From Spirochaetales bacterium (GTDB lineage Bacteria > Spirochaetota > Spirochaetia > Treponematales > Treponemataceae), in contig QKCE01000155.1 in assembly GCA_003245785.1 (NCBI GenBank), positions 1-45,930 of the forward strand: 45,930 nucleotides of DNA, given 5' to 3'. Shown here piece by piece: positions 27,218 to 35,906 of this stretch. The position numbers were made by a program, and so were the translations under genes. The notes beneath the pieces are model-generated. The model did no database searches and was not told where the DNA came from. It saw only the letters and a program-made list of their open reading frames with translations. The number at the start of each line of letters is the position of its first letter. Position 1 is the first letter of the stretch.

Positions 27218-27246
27218 TTGATTTATCGAACCGGGCACTCTATATT
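27218..27246 (+). promoter_or_regulatory. Putative sigma70 promoter of the beta-barrel gene
   Basis: TTGATT-17 nt-TATATT, followed by GGAGGT RBS and ATG 27266. Confidence 0.6.
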
Positions 27247-27265
27247 TATGGACGGAGGTATTTCC

Positions 27266-28135
27266 ATGAAGAAAATACTTATTGCAGCGCTCTTTACTTG
27301 CGCCCTCGTTTCCGCGACCTTCGCGGATACCCTCTCGGACTTCAACGATTCGATCGATACGTTCCTCGGCGAAATCAATACGGCCCTGCCCGACAGCGCC
27401 GTGATCGGCGGCACGTGGTCCGACGCGTATATCGGCCAATTGATCGGCGTACCGCCCCATTTCGGAGTCGGCGTCGCCGCGGGGGTAACCCGCTTCCCGA
27501 CCCAAGGCCTTATTGATGCCATGGACGCGGTCGATGTCGATCTTCCGGTCGATACCCTCGTTCTGCCCAATTTCGCCATCGAGGGCCGCGTCGGCGGTTT
27601 TATCCTTCCCTTTGACGCGGGCATCCGCTTCGGGATGATGCCTTCCACCAATCTGGGCGGTTTCGACATCGGCTACCTGCACTACGGCGTGGACGCGCGC
27701 TATGCCGTCATCAAGGGCGGTCTCGTGCTTCCCAAGGTGAGCGTTGGGGTCGGGTATTACCATACCTCCGGAAGCATCACGATGCCCCTTGAAGCGACTG
27801 CCCTATTGGGAACTCTTGCAGCATACGCTCCGGGCGATACCTACGACCTCGATCTCAATTTCGCGACCGACGTTGTGGAAGCGAAGGCGCAGGTTTCCAA
27901 GAGCTTCGTGATCGTCACCCCCTATGCGGGCGTCGGCGTTTCGATGGCAAACTCCACGGCTTCTTACGATTTGGGCGGCTTAATGGACGATTCACGCAGC
28001 GAAACCGTGTACGGAGCCCGGGCCTTCGGCGGTCTCTCGCTCAACCTGCTTCTTCTCAAGATCGACGCGACCGGTTCCTACAACTTCCTCAGCGGAAACT
28101 GGGGAGCGAACGTCGGTACCCGAATCCAGCTTTAA
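27266..28135 (+). CDS. Putative outer-membrane beta-barrel protein
   Basis: Signal peptide MKKILIAALFTCALVSATFA; many amphipathic Gly/aromatic strands (PKVSVGVGYY, TPYAGVGVS); C-terminal strand WGANVGTRIQL. Confidence 0.75.
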   Translation: MKKILIAALFTCALVSATFADTLSDFNDSIDTFLGEINTALPDSAVIGGTWSDAYIGQLIGVPPHFGVGVAAGVTRFPTQGLIDAMDAVDVDLPVDTLVLPNFAIEGRVGGFILPFDAGIRFGMMPSTNLGGFDIGYLHYGVDARYAVIKGGLVLPKVSVGVGYYHTSGSITMPLEATALLGTLAAYAPGDTYDLDLNFATDVVEAKAQVSKSFVIVTPYAGVGVSMANSTASYDLGGLMDDSRSETVYGARAFGGLSLNLLLLKIDATGSYNFLSGNWGANVGTRIQL

Positions 28136-28177
28136 CGGCGTTAAGCCCAAGACGGCCCCGCGGCTTATGGACGCGGG

Positions 28178-28215
28178 AAAACGGTCGGACGCATGGTCGT
28201 CCGGCCGTTTTTTTT
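28178..28215 (+). terminator. Rho-independent terminator (possibly bidirectional)
   Basis: AAAACGGTCGGACG-6 nt loop-CGTCCGGCCG followed by T8, lying between convergent genes. Confidence 0.85.
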
Positions 28216-28260
28216 ATGCGCGGGAGTAAGGCGTCTTTTGGGAAATGTTTTTGTAAACGA

Positions 28261-29070
28261 TCAGATGAGGGAGGGCACGACGAGGGTGAAGCAAAAGTCG
28301 CCGTCTTTCAGGGGAGCGCGAACTCCGTAGTAACCCCTCTTCCGGCGTTCCGTGAACGCGCAGGACGGCACGTCGATTTCCTTTATGCATAGGACTTCCG
28401 AGCAGGCGAGAATCCCCTCGCCGTAGTTTTTTTTCAGGCGCAGAAGCTTCGCGTCATAACCGCCCCGGGTCATTTCAAGGACCTGAAACGCGGGGAGTCC
28501 GCAAATCTTTCCGTCAAGCTCGAAAAAGAGGAACGGGAGGGAGCAGTCGCCTCCATGAGTCCCGCGGCAGGAAGGAACCGCCCGTTCGGCGGCGAGGTCG
28601 TATTCCGCCAGGAGGGCGCGGTATTCAAGGAGCAAGCCCAGAAGAATCCGCCGCGAATCGTTCACCGTCTTTACCGCGCCGGCAAAGGGAATCGCCTGGC
28701 TCATGGCAGGATCCCGTACCGCTTCCTTCGCAAGGTATTCCTCGGCGCCCCTGGTGGATATTTCCTCGATGATCGCCTTCGGGACGGCGTCCCGCATTAC
28801 CCTTGAAAATAGCGCCGGACTAGCCGGGGAAGCGCACAATACCGCGAGGTAATCGAGCGACTCTTCGGTTTTTACGATAGCGTCGATGACGGTGGTCTTG
28901 GATTCGATAAACCCGAGAACCATGCGTACCCGCATGAGTCCGTACTCGGGCGATAGAAAGCCTTCCCGCTCGGCGTAAAGGCGCACCTGATAGAGCCTTT
29001 CGCCGCGATTCGCGCTATTCATGAGAACGGGAAAGTTATCTGAATCGTAAAGCCTATCCGTCGATACCAT
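28261..29070 (-). CDS. Hypothetical protein with a possible degenerate C-terminal CheW-like domain
   Basis: Only long ORF in the interval. FLFFELDGKICGLPAFQVLEM resembles the start of CheW domains. Confidence 0.65.
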   Translation of the reverse strand: MVSTDRLYDSDNFPVLMNSANRGERLYQVRLYAEREGFLSPEYGLMRVRMVLGFIESKTTVIDAIVKTEESLDYLAVLCASPASPALFSRVMRDAVPKAIIEEISTRGAEEYLAKEAVRDPAMSQAIPFAGAVKTVNDSRRILLGLLLEYRALLAEYDLAAERAVPSCRGTHGGDCSLPFLFFELDGKICGLPAFQVLEMTRGGYDAKLLRLKKNYGEGILACSEVLCIKEIDVPSCAFTERRKRGYYGVRAPLKDGDFCFTLVVPSLI

Positions 29071-29078
29071 CCCTTAAA

Positions 29079-29105
29079 GTATCGACCCGGGAACTAAAGA
29101 CTTGA
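29079..29105 (-). promoter_or_regulatory. Putative sigma28 (FliA) promoter
   Basis: TCAA-15 nt-GTCGATAC on the minus strand (consensus TAAA-N15-GCCGATAA), 8 nt before ATG 29070. Confidence 0.55.
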
Positions 29106-29711
29106 ACGATTCATGTCTATTATCAGTTCCACCTCTCCGAGGGACATGCCGAGGGTGGACGCGATCATGTCGGCCGAGATTCCCTTTCTCGCCATGTCCA
29201 AGACGCGCTCGCCGAGGGGAATTACCGGTTCGATCTGCCGGTCCCGCCGGGTAATCATCGGTTTGGTATATACCATGATGGGCTCGTCTTTCTTCGGCTC
29301 GGTTTTAGTTTCCCGTTCAGGCGCGACGCGGGCGCTCGCCGTCCCTGGCGAGGGGAAGGCCTCGGCTGCCGGTGCCTTCCCCTCGCGCGGGGTGGACAGG
29401 GTGCGTTCCATCGCGGACGCCCTTTCGCGCTTCGTTTCTTCCCGCGAAAAGAGGAGCATCTTTTGGTCCGCCTCGGCCATCGCGTCGCGTAACTGGCGGA
29501 TCCTTCCTTCCAGGAGCTCCACGTCCCTGTCGGCTTCCCGTCCCAGATCGGTTACGAGGCGGTCTACCTCGTCGCGAAGGTCCGCGAGGATTTTTTTTTC
29601 CGAAAACCGGTTACGTAAAAGGAGCCAATGGGCTGCCATGGCCAATAGATTGGCGGCTAAAAGAAACGCGACGAGGGCGGTCAACCAGGCGCCCCTATCC
29701 GGAAATATCAA
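29094..29711 (-). CDS. Flagellar-cluster membrane-anchored protein (TM, coiled coil, C-terminal HTH-like LGxGEVELI motif)
   Basis: N-terminal TM helix, helical region, C-terminal GISADMIASTLGMSLGEVELII. The TTG start is uncertain. Confidence 0.75.
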   Translation of the reverse strand: MIFPDRGAWLTALVAFLLAANLLAMAAHWLLLRNRFSEKKILADLRDEVDRLVTDLGREADRDVELLEGRIRQLRDAMAEADQKMLLFSREETKRERASAMERTLSTPREGKAPAAEAFPSPGTASARVAPERETKTEPKKDEPIMVYTKPMITRRDRQIEPVIPLGERVLDMARKGISADMIASTLGMSLGEVELIIDMNRSSL

Positions 29712-30048
29712 TGCGGGTGCCGAGCGCCGGGTCGCGAATCACCTCCGGAGGGTTTTCGGGCGTTTCCTCGTTCCCCTCGCCCTTCTCGGCGCCTTCGGGT
29801 TTTTCCCTCTTTTGCCCGCCGTCGCGTTCCCTTTCTTCCGATTCGGTCCTCTCGTGTACCCTGCCCGCCTTGTCTTCGCTCGTTTCGGTGCCCTGTACGG
29901 TTTTCAGCCGCGCGGCGGCGTCTTTTTTATTGTTTGCCATCTCGGTTTCGCGGGCGGACTGCTCCGCGGCCTGTTGCTGGACCTGGGCTTTCCCGACCTT
30001 GTCGAGCTGGGTATAGAGCGTCTGGAGGTCAATCGGTTGTATAGCCAC
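29695..30048 (-). CDS. Conserved hypothetical flagellar-cluster protein
   Basis: IQPIDLQ N-terminus, charged low-complexity middle, DPALGTRIDISG C-terminus; overlaps both neighbours. Confidence 0.75.
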   Translation of the reverse strand: MAIQPIDLQTLYTQLDKVGKAQVQQQAAEQSARETEMANNKKDAAARLKTVQGTETSEDKAGRVHERTESEERERDGGQKREKPEGAEKGEGNEETPENPPEVIRDPALGTRIDISG

Positions 30049-31999
30049 TTGGGACCCTCTTCATGTCTTCGTCCGGACCCTCGTATTTTCCGTATCGAAT
30101 GAGGCCGTTTTCCAGGAAGAAGGTCGTGGCCTTGCAGTCCGTGCGCACGTCTTCGGAAATGTCCCGAATCGCTATCTTTACCCCGGCGAAGACCTTCACG
30201 GATGCGGATACCTTCCCGTTCTTCTTCAGGGAATCGAGATATTTCTTTATCTGGGTCATCTCGATTTGCGTTTCCTCCAGCTGGGTCTGGAGGATATATT
30301 GGCGCTCCCCCAGTTTCTTGAGCGCGGCTTCCTTGTCCTCGGGAAGCTCCTTTCTCTGCTTTTTCATCGCGAGCAGGGTATTGAAGTTGAGCTGCACGTC
30401 CTCGAGCTCCTTCTCCGCCGCGGAATACATCGAAGTGAGCCCGTCGAGGCGTTCCTTTTTCTTTGGGTCGTAACCGACGCTGAGGAGGGTTTCGCTCGCG
30501 CCGCCGAAGCTTCCGAGGGTTTTCGCGTGGATTTCCTCGGCCGCGCTCAGCGAGCCTCCGATAATTGCCGCGCGCTTGCCCTGGCAAAGTATTTTCCGGT
30601 TTGCCGTTACGGTGCAATTGATAATTCCGTCCGAGACGATTACGAACTCGCCCGCCTCGACCGTGCAGTTTTCGATGAACTTCGCCCAAACCGACTTTCC
30701 GGCCCGTACGGTCCCCTCGTTCTTTCCGGCGATACCCTGGCTTACCACGATGTCGCCCTCCGCGTCCAGCTCGGATTTCCCCACGGAGCCCTTAACCTCG
30801 ATGTTGCCGGAAGCCTTTACCGAGAATCCGTCCTCGACGTTCCCCGAGATGAATACGGTACCGAGGAACATGATGTTGCCGGTCTTGAGGGATACGTCCC
30901 CGTCGATGTTGAGGATCGGCTCCACGTTTATCTTGTTGTTGAGTATCAGGACCTGGCCGTTGGTTTCCGCGACTATCGTCAGGCCGTCCTCGGCGAGCTT
31001 CGTGTTTTTCCCCAGGGGAAGCGGCACGTCCTTGCCGTTCTTCGCCTCCAGGTATTTGCCCCTGACCGTCTTGCCGCCCTTGCCCCGCTGGGCGAGGACC
31101 TTTTGGGCGAGTGGTTGTCCCTCGACGACGTTTTGGACGAGGTTGAGTTCCTTGAAGTCGACCTGACCCTGGGCGGACTCTTTCAGGTGGATCTTCGTGC
31201 GGTCTGTCTCGAAATTGTACACGATATAGGCGTCCGACCCGTCCTGGGGCTTAATGCCCTCGGCGACGAGGTAGTTCTGCTTGTAAATCGGGTTGTCCTG
31301 AAAGTCCCTGACGCGCTCCTCGCTGATTCCCGCGAGTACGCCGTTGTTTTTAAGGAAACTGATGATCATGTCCGCGGAAAGGTCCGCGCCTCCGGGTCCC
31401 GGGGGGGTCGCGTACAGCCAGGCCTTCATGTCCTGATCGGTGATGTCAACCACCATCATGGCGTCTCCGGCGGGATTGTGGCGGAAGGGCGCGACCTTCA
31501 CGTATTCTCCCGAAGCCTGTTTTACGAGCTGTCTCACGAGATCTTCCGGGACAGTCTGTATGCCGCGGTCGCGGAGCTTTTCCGTAGCCTCCCTGACGGT
31601 CGCGGGGCTTCCGGAACCGAGGGGGACCGTAACCTTTAGGTAGACGCCGTCCCTGGCGCAGAACACGTAGGCGGAACCGTTCCGGTCGGGGGCGAGCTTG
31701 AGGTGCTCGAGGTCGCCGAACTTTTCCTCCTCGACCTCTTTATCCTCTTCCCGCTTCGCGCGCTTTTTCTGCATCTCGTAGGCGCGGATGAACCAGTTTT
31801 TCTTTTTCAGCGCGAAAAAGCCGTTCGCGCCGCGCTGGAGTATCTCGTAATCGATGTCCCGGACCGCGACGCCGAGCTGGATCGAGGCGTCCGCGAGGGC
31901 CTTTTCGAGCGTATCGCCGGCCACTTCAACGAATACCCGGGACTTGTCTTCCTCGAGCTTCTGGGCCATCATTTCACGGATCGTGTCCAAGGTCACCAT
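30029..31999 (-). CDS. fapA: FapA (DUF342) family flagellar assembly protein with N-terminal Jag_N-like domain
   Basis: VDFKELNL..NV.EGQ.LA, GKTVRG, GDV...TGNI.F.G.V.ISGNVEDGF.VKASGNIEV beta-helix and IIGG motif. Confidence 0.88.
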   Translation of the reverse strand: MVTLDTIREMMAQKLEEDKSRVFVEVAGDTLEKALADASIQLGVAVRDIDYEILQRGANGFFALKKKNWFIRAYEMQKKRAKREEDKEVEEEKFGDLEHLKLAPDRNGSAYVFCARDGVYLKVTVPLGSGSPATVREATEKLRDRGIQTVPEDLVRQLVKQASGEYVKVAPFRHNPAGDAMMVVDITDQDMKAWLYATPPGPGGADLSADMIISFLKNNGVLAGISEERVRDFQDNPIYKQNYLVAEGIKPQDGSDAYIVYNFETDRTKIHLKESAQGQVDFKELNLVQNVVEGQPLAQKVLAQRGKGGKTVRGKYLEAKNGKDVPLPLGKNTKLAEDGLTIVAETNGQVLILNNKINVEPILNIDGDVSLKTGNIMFLGTVFISGNVEDGFSVKASGNIEVKGSVGKSELDAEGDIVVSQGIAGKNEGTVRAGKSVWAKFIENCTVEAGEFVIVSDGIINCTVTANRKILCQGKRAAIIGGSLSAAEEIHAKTLGSFGGASETLLSVGYDPKKKERLDGLTSMYSAAEKELEDVQLNFNTLLAMKKQRKELPEDKEAALKKLGERQYILQTQLEETQIEMTQIKKYLDSLKKNGKVSASVKVFAGVKIAIRDISEDVRTDCKATTFFLENGLIRYGKYEGPDEDMKRVPSGYTTD

Positions 32000-32017
32000 G
32001 GCGTTCGACTCCCGGGG

Positions 32018-32806
32018 TTAAAGGATTCCCTTCCGGATATTCGTCAGCTTCGCGCGGAGGCGCAGGTTGGCCTTCGTGTGGAGCTGGGACACGCGGGACT
32101 CGGTCACGTTCAGTACCTGGCCGATTTCCTTGAGCGTAAGGTCTTCGTAGTAGTAAAGCACGAGGACCATCTTTTCTTTCTCGGGAAGCTCGTTGATGGA
32201 CTCCACGATGACCCGCTTGATTTCCTCGCGCTCGACGATCACGTCCGGGTTGAGCGACGAGGGCGACTCGATGCTGTCGCCGATTGAGATCCGCTCGGAA
32301 TCGTCCCCGGAATACCACACGTCGTTCAGGCTCATGATGCTCGTGCCGGATATCTTGTAAAGGGTTTGCTGAAACTCGCCCTCGCTGATACCCATGGCGC
32401 CGGCGATTTCCGTATCGCTGGCGGTTCGGCCGAGTTTCGCCTCCAGCCGAACGATCGCATCCTCGATTTCACGGGTTTTTTGCCTGACCGAGCGGGGCAC
32501 CCAGTCGATGGAACGGAGTTCGTCGAATATCGAGCCGCGTATGCGGGTAACCGCGTAGGTCTTGAATTTTACGTTTTTGTCGGGATCGAATTTATCTATG
32601 GCGTCCAGAAGGCCAAACACGCCGAAGCCCACCAAATCGTCGAACTCGACGTTGCTCGGCATGCCGACCGCCACCTTGCCCGCCACGTATTTAATCAGGG
32701 GGGCGTACTGCTTTATAAAAAATTCCCTTATTGCGGGATCGCGGGTTTTTTGGTACTCGACCCACAACTCCTCTTCGGTTTTTTGTTCCAATAGCGAATT
32801 CCCCAT
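32018..32806 (-). CDS. fliA: RNA polymerase sigma factor FliA/WhiG (sigma28)
   Basis: [45 protein letters not shown] and [25 protein letters not shown]. Confidence 0.96.
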   Translation of the reverse strand: MGNSLLEQKTEEELWVEYQKTRDPAIREFFIKQYAPLIKYVAGKVAVGMPSNVEFDDLVGFGVFGLLDAIDKFDPDKNVKFKTYAVTRIRGSIFDELRSIDWVPRSVRQKTREIEDAIVRLEAKLGRTASDTEIAGAMGISEGEFQQTLYKISGTSIMSLNDVWYSGDDSERISIGDSIESPSSLNPDVIVEREEIKRVIVESINELPEKEKMVLVLYYYEDLTLKEIGQVLNVTESRVSQLHTKANLRLRAKLTNIRKGIL

Positions 32807-32835
32807 GTATACACCCTTTTCGAAATATCGTCCTG

Positions 32836-33528
32836 CTACGGTTCCCGAGTCAATATCGTGCGAATCGCGTTCGCCATTGTCGCTGAATCATTGTCGCCCC
32901 CCAGGACCCCGCCCCCCAGGGAACCCGCGCCCGCGACTATCTCGCTAGCGTTGAAGCCTTCCGGCTCGTCATCGTCGCCGTCGTCCCGCTTGGCGGGCAC
33001 GAAGTCGTCGAGTTCGGGCAACACGTCCAAACCTCCCGAGGAATGGGCGTGCGCTCCCTGAGCCGATTGCGTGGCGGGTTTGGTCGCTTTCGGCGGGGAT
33101 TCCGGTAAACGGCCCGGGGAGCTTTCCGCTTCCCCCGGGAAGGCGCCTGCCTCGCGCGGAGCGGCGAGGTCCTCTTCCGGCCCCGGTCGTCCGGAAAGCA
33201 GGAAGTCCGGCACCTGGCTTTCGTCGGTTGCGCCGTCCGAAGCTGCCTGGGCGAAGGGATTCAACTGTTCGCCCTGTTCTCCCACCGTAATGTCGACCAT
33301 GTTGGAGGCTTCGCCTCCCGGGCTTTCGGCGGACAGGGAGTCCTCGAGTTCGGGCAAAAACCTCCCGAGGACGATCGCCAAAACCGACGCGAGCCCTCCA
33401 AGAAGTATAGCCATTAATACGGCCCGAAACAACACGATGCCGAGGGGATTCCCGGCGATGAAACCGGCCAGCGCCGAAAGAACGAACCCTGTCACCGCCC
33501 CGGCTATCGCTATGTTGGGCTTGAACAT
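32836..33528 (-). CDS. Hypothetical membrane protein (2 N-terminal TMs, acidic disordered tail)
   Basis: Two hydrophobic helices, FLPEL, acidic Pro/Ser-rich region, C-terminal [17 protein letters not shown]. Confidence 0.8.
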   Translation of the reverse strand: MFKPNIAIAGAVTGFVLSALAGFIAGNPLGIVLFRAVLMAILLGGLASVLAIVLGRFLPELEDSLSAESPGGEASNMVDITVGEQGEQLNPFAQAASDGATDESQVPDFLLSGRPGPEEDLAAPREAGAFPGEAESSPGRLPESPPKATKPATQSAQGAHAHSSGGLDVLPELDDFVPAKRDDGDDDEPEGFNASEIVAGAGSLGGGVLGGDNDSATMANAIRTILTREP

Positions 33529-33548
33529 GATTCATCCTCCATTACAAT

Positions 33549-33577
33549 AGACTATGCGAAAAAGTGTTACTGGTCAA
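33549..33577 (-). promoter_or_regulatory. Putative sigma70 promoter of the orf-fliA-fapA unit
   Basis: TTGACC-17 nt-TAGTCT on the minus strand, upstream of the GGAGG RBS. Confidence 0.55.
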
Positions 33578-33635
33578 GGTTTTTTTGCCCTGTCAACTTT
33601 CCGAAGGGAGGGCGGGACGCGGATTTTCTCTTGTC

Positions 33636-33681
33636 AGGGCGGCGCGGGGAACGCCCTTCGGGCCTGCGGCTACGCGGCCCT
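33636..33681. repeat. GC-rich intergenic hairpin directly after the flhG stop
   Basis: AGGGCGGCG pairs with CGCGGCCCT (one mismatch), with inner GCCC-TTC-GGGC. Confidence 0.4.
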
Positions 33682-34580
33682 CAATCCCAGGTTCGGCCGA
33701 AAAGCCGCTTGACGAAGCCGCCGAAACCCTCGGAATCGGGCAATTCGGTCTTTTCGATGCGGGACACGATATGACGGAGGCACACCGAGGCCTTGCCTTT
33801 CGGGTCGGCGATGACGAAGGGCTTTTGCCGCAGCACGGACTGGGGAACCAGCTGGTCGTCGTAGATGAACCCGAGGTACTCAACCTTGAGGTTCAGGAAC
33901 TGCGCGGCGATCTGGGTCATCCGGTCGGCCACTCGCTTGCCCTCGGCGGCGGAGGAAACGCGGTTGACGATCATTTTGAGGTTGATGTTGAGGTTGTCCA
34001 CCTCGGTGGCGATGATCTTGATGATTCCGTAGGCGTCGGTGATGGAAGTGGGCTCCGGGGTCGTCACGATGACCACCTCGTCGGCGGCGGCGACGAAGCC
34101 GAGCACGTTCCGGGAAACGCCGGCGCTGGTGTCGATGATGATGATGTCGGCGTCCGAAAGGGTATAGAGCTCGTTGATGAAGGAATTGCGCTCGTCCTCG
34201 GTCATGTTGGCTATCTTGGAGAAACCCGAGGCGCCCGCCACCAGCTTGATCCCGTAGCCAGTGTCGAGGATGATCTCGCTCATTTTCTTCTGCTTGCGGA
34301 TCACGTGGTACAGGTTGTACTGGGGAATCAGGTTCATCATGACGTTGACGTTCGCGAGCCCGAGGTCGGCGTCGATCACGATGACCTTCTTGCCCATCTG
34401 CCCGTAGGCGATGGCCATGTTCGTGGCCACGTTGGTCTTGCCGACCCCGCCCTTCCCGCTCGTCACGGTTATGATCCTGGTCTTGCCGTTGAGGCGCGCG
34501 GCGTGGTCGCCCGTGGCGACGCTTTCATCCCTCGTTTTGTCTTTCATCAAGGCGCGTAGCGCTTCAGCCTGGTCTTCCAT
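33681..34580 (-). CDS. flhG: MinD/ParA-family flagellar number regulator FlhG (FleN)
   Basis: DQAEALR activator motif, SGKGGVGKT, DADLGLANV and TTPEPTSITDAY. Start at ATG 34580 behind GGAG. Confidence 0.95.
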   Translation of the reverse strand: MEDQAEALRALMKDKTRDESVATGDHAARLNGKTRIITVTSGKGGVGKTNVATNMAIAYGQMGKKVIVIDADLGLANVNVMMNLIPQYNLYHVIRKQKKMSEIILDTGYGIKLVAGASGFSKIANMTEDERNSFINELYTLSDADIIIIDTSAGVSRNVLGFVAAADEVVIVTTPEPTSITDAYGIIKIIATEVDNLNINLKMIVNRVSSAAEGKRVADRMTQIAAQFLNLKVEYLGFIYDDQLVPQSVLRQKPFVIADPKGKASVCLRHIVSRIEKTELPDSEGFGGFVKRLFGRTWD

Positions 34581-34585
34581 AATTT

Positions 34586-35899
34586 TTATCTCCATTCGAA
34601 CCGGTCTTCGCCGACCGGGAAGAGGGACTCGATCCGCGCGCGATTCACGCGGAAGCCCTCGAGGTTTATCAGGAAACGCGCGACCGACGCGCGCTCGAAG
34701 TCCTGCGGTACCCGCTGGCCCGTGGTGATGTACGCAAGGGGCTTTTGCCTTTCCCCGAGCACGCTCACTATGTTGCCGATGCGGCTCGTCTCGTCGAACT
34801 TCGTGATGATCACCGAATCGTAGCCGAAAGTCTCGTACTGCTGCATGATCTCGCGCATGTCGCTCGGCTTGGTAGTCGCGCTCATGGCAAGGTGCACGTC
34901 GGACAATTGGCCCGCTGCTTCCAGGAAATGGCGCATTTCGGCGATCCGGGAATAGTCCTTCGGACTCTTCCCTATCGTGTCGATCAGGATTATGTCCATA
35001 TCCTGGTGCATGGCGATGAGCGACTCGAGATCCTTCGAGGTTTCCGCGCAGGAAACCGGGATGTTCATGATATTGCCGTAGATCTCGATCTGCTGCTTCG
35101 CCCCTATACGGTAATTATCGATCGTTATCACGTGAACGTTTAGCGGTCTCGAACCTTTCGACGCGGCGAGGGAATAGGCGGCCGCGAGTTTAGCCACGGT
35201 GGTGGTCTTTCCGACACCGGTCGGCCCCACGAGGGCGATCACCCGGGGCTTCGCGGTGTGCCCTCGCTCGCTTACCGCGATGGACTCGCCAATCCACTCG
35301 ATGACCGTGTCCTGCACCCGGTCGTAATCCCCGAGCTCTTCAAGGGAAAATTCGCTCCTTACCCGGGCAACGATGCCCCGGGTATAGGATGCGGAAAAAT
35401 CGTTTTGCTCCAGTAGCCGCTCGATCTTCAGGACGGTCTCGTGCTCCGCGGACGCGGCGTCCGTCGCCGGCCCCGAGTCGCCGATCCTTTTTTCCAGTTT
35501 CCGTACCGTCTCGAGAATGGAATCGAGCCGGTCGTCCCCGGAGGGAGCCTGGGAGGCTTTTTGCGCGCCCTTGGATATGGCTTCGATATGGGGGGCGATC
35601 CTGGACGCGATTTCCGGCGAGGTTTTTGCCGCCTGGGACAGGATTCGCCTTTTTTCCTCCTCGAAGGAGGCGGCGCGGGGGGCCGGCGCGGATGCCGAGG
35701 GCGATGGGGCCGGCGCCGCGCGAAGCGGTTCGCGGGCGATCATGAAATTGAGTTCAATCGCGTCCCGTTCGAAAAACCCGAGAAAGCCCCCGACTTTCAC
35801 GCGCTTTTGCCTGAGCACGTGGACGTTGGGGCCGTATTTCGCGGTAATTTTCGCGAGGCACTCGTCGTAGCTCGCCGCCTGTTCGGTCAATATCTCCAT
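34586..35899 (-). CDS. flhF: Flagellar biosynthesis SRP-type GTPase FlhF
   Basis: GPTGVGKTTTVAKLAA, DNYRIGA..Q, DTIG, TKFDET and TGQRVPQD. Confidence 0.95.
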   Translation of the reverse strand: MEILTEQAASYDECLAKITAKYGPNVHVLRQKRVKVGGFLGFFERDAIELNFMIAREPLRAAPAPSPSASAPAPRAASFEEEKRRILSQAAKTSPEIASRIAPHIEAISKGAQKASQAPSGDDRLDSILETVRKLEKRIGDSGPATDAASAEHETVLKIERLLEQNDFSASYTRGIVARVRSEFSLEELGDYDRVQDTVIEWIGESIAVSERGHTAKPRVIALVGPTGVGKTTTVAKLAAAYSLAASKGSRPLNVHVITIDNYRIGAKQQIEIYGNIMNIPVSCAETSKDLESLIAMHQDMDIILIDTIGKSPKDYSRIAEMRHFLEAAGQLSDVHLAMSATTKPSDMREIMQQYETFGYDSVIITKFDETSRIGNIVSVLGERQKPLAYITTGQRVPQDFERASVARFLINLEGFRVNRARIESLFPVGEDRFEWR

Positions 35900-35906
35900 C
35901 GTTCGC

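Noticed and set aside
32824-32853. Autoregulatory sigma28 promoter upstream of fliA (GACGATAT)
   Set aside because: No TAAA/TCAA at 15-nt spacing; the alternative TTGACT-18-GATATT match is too weak to call.
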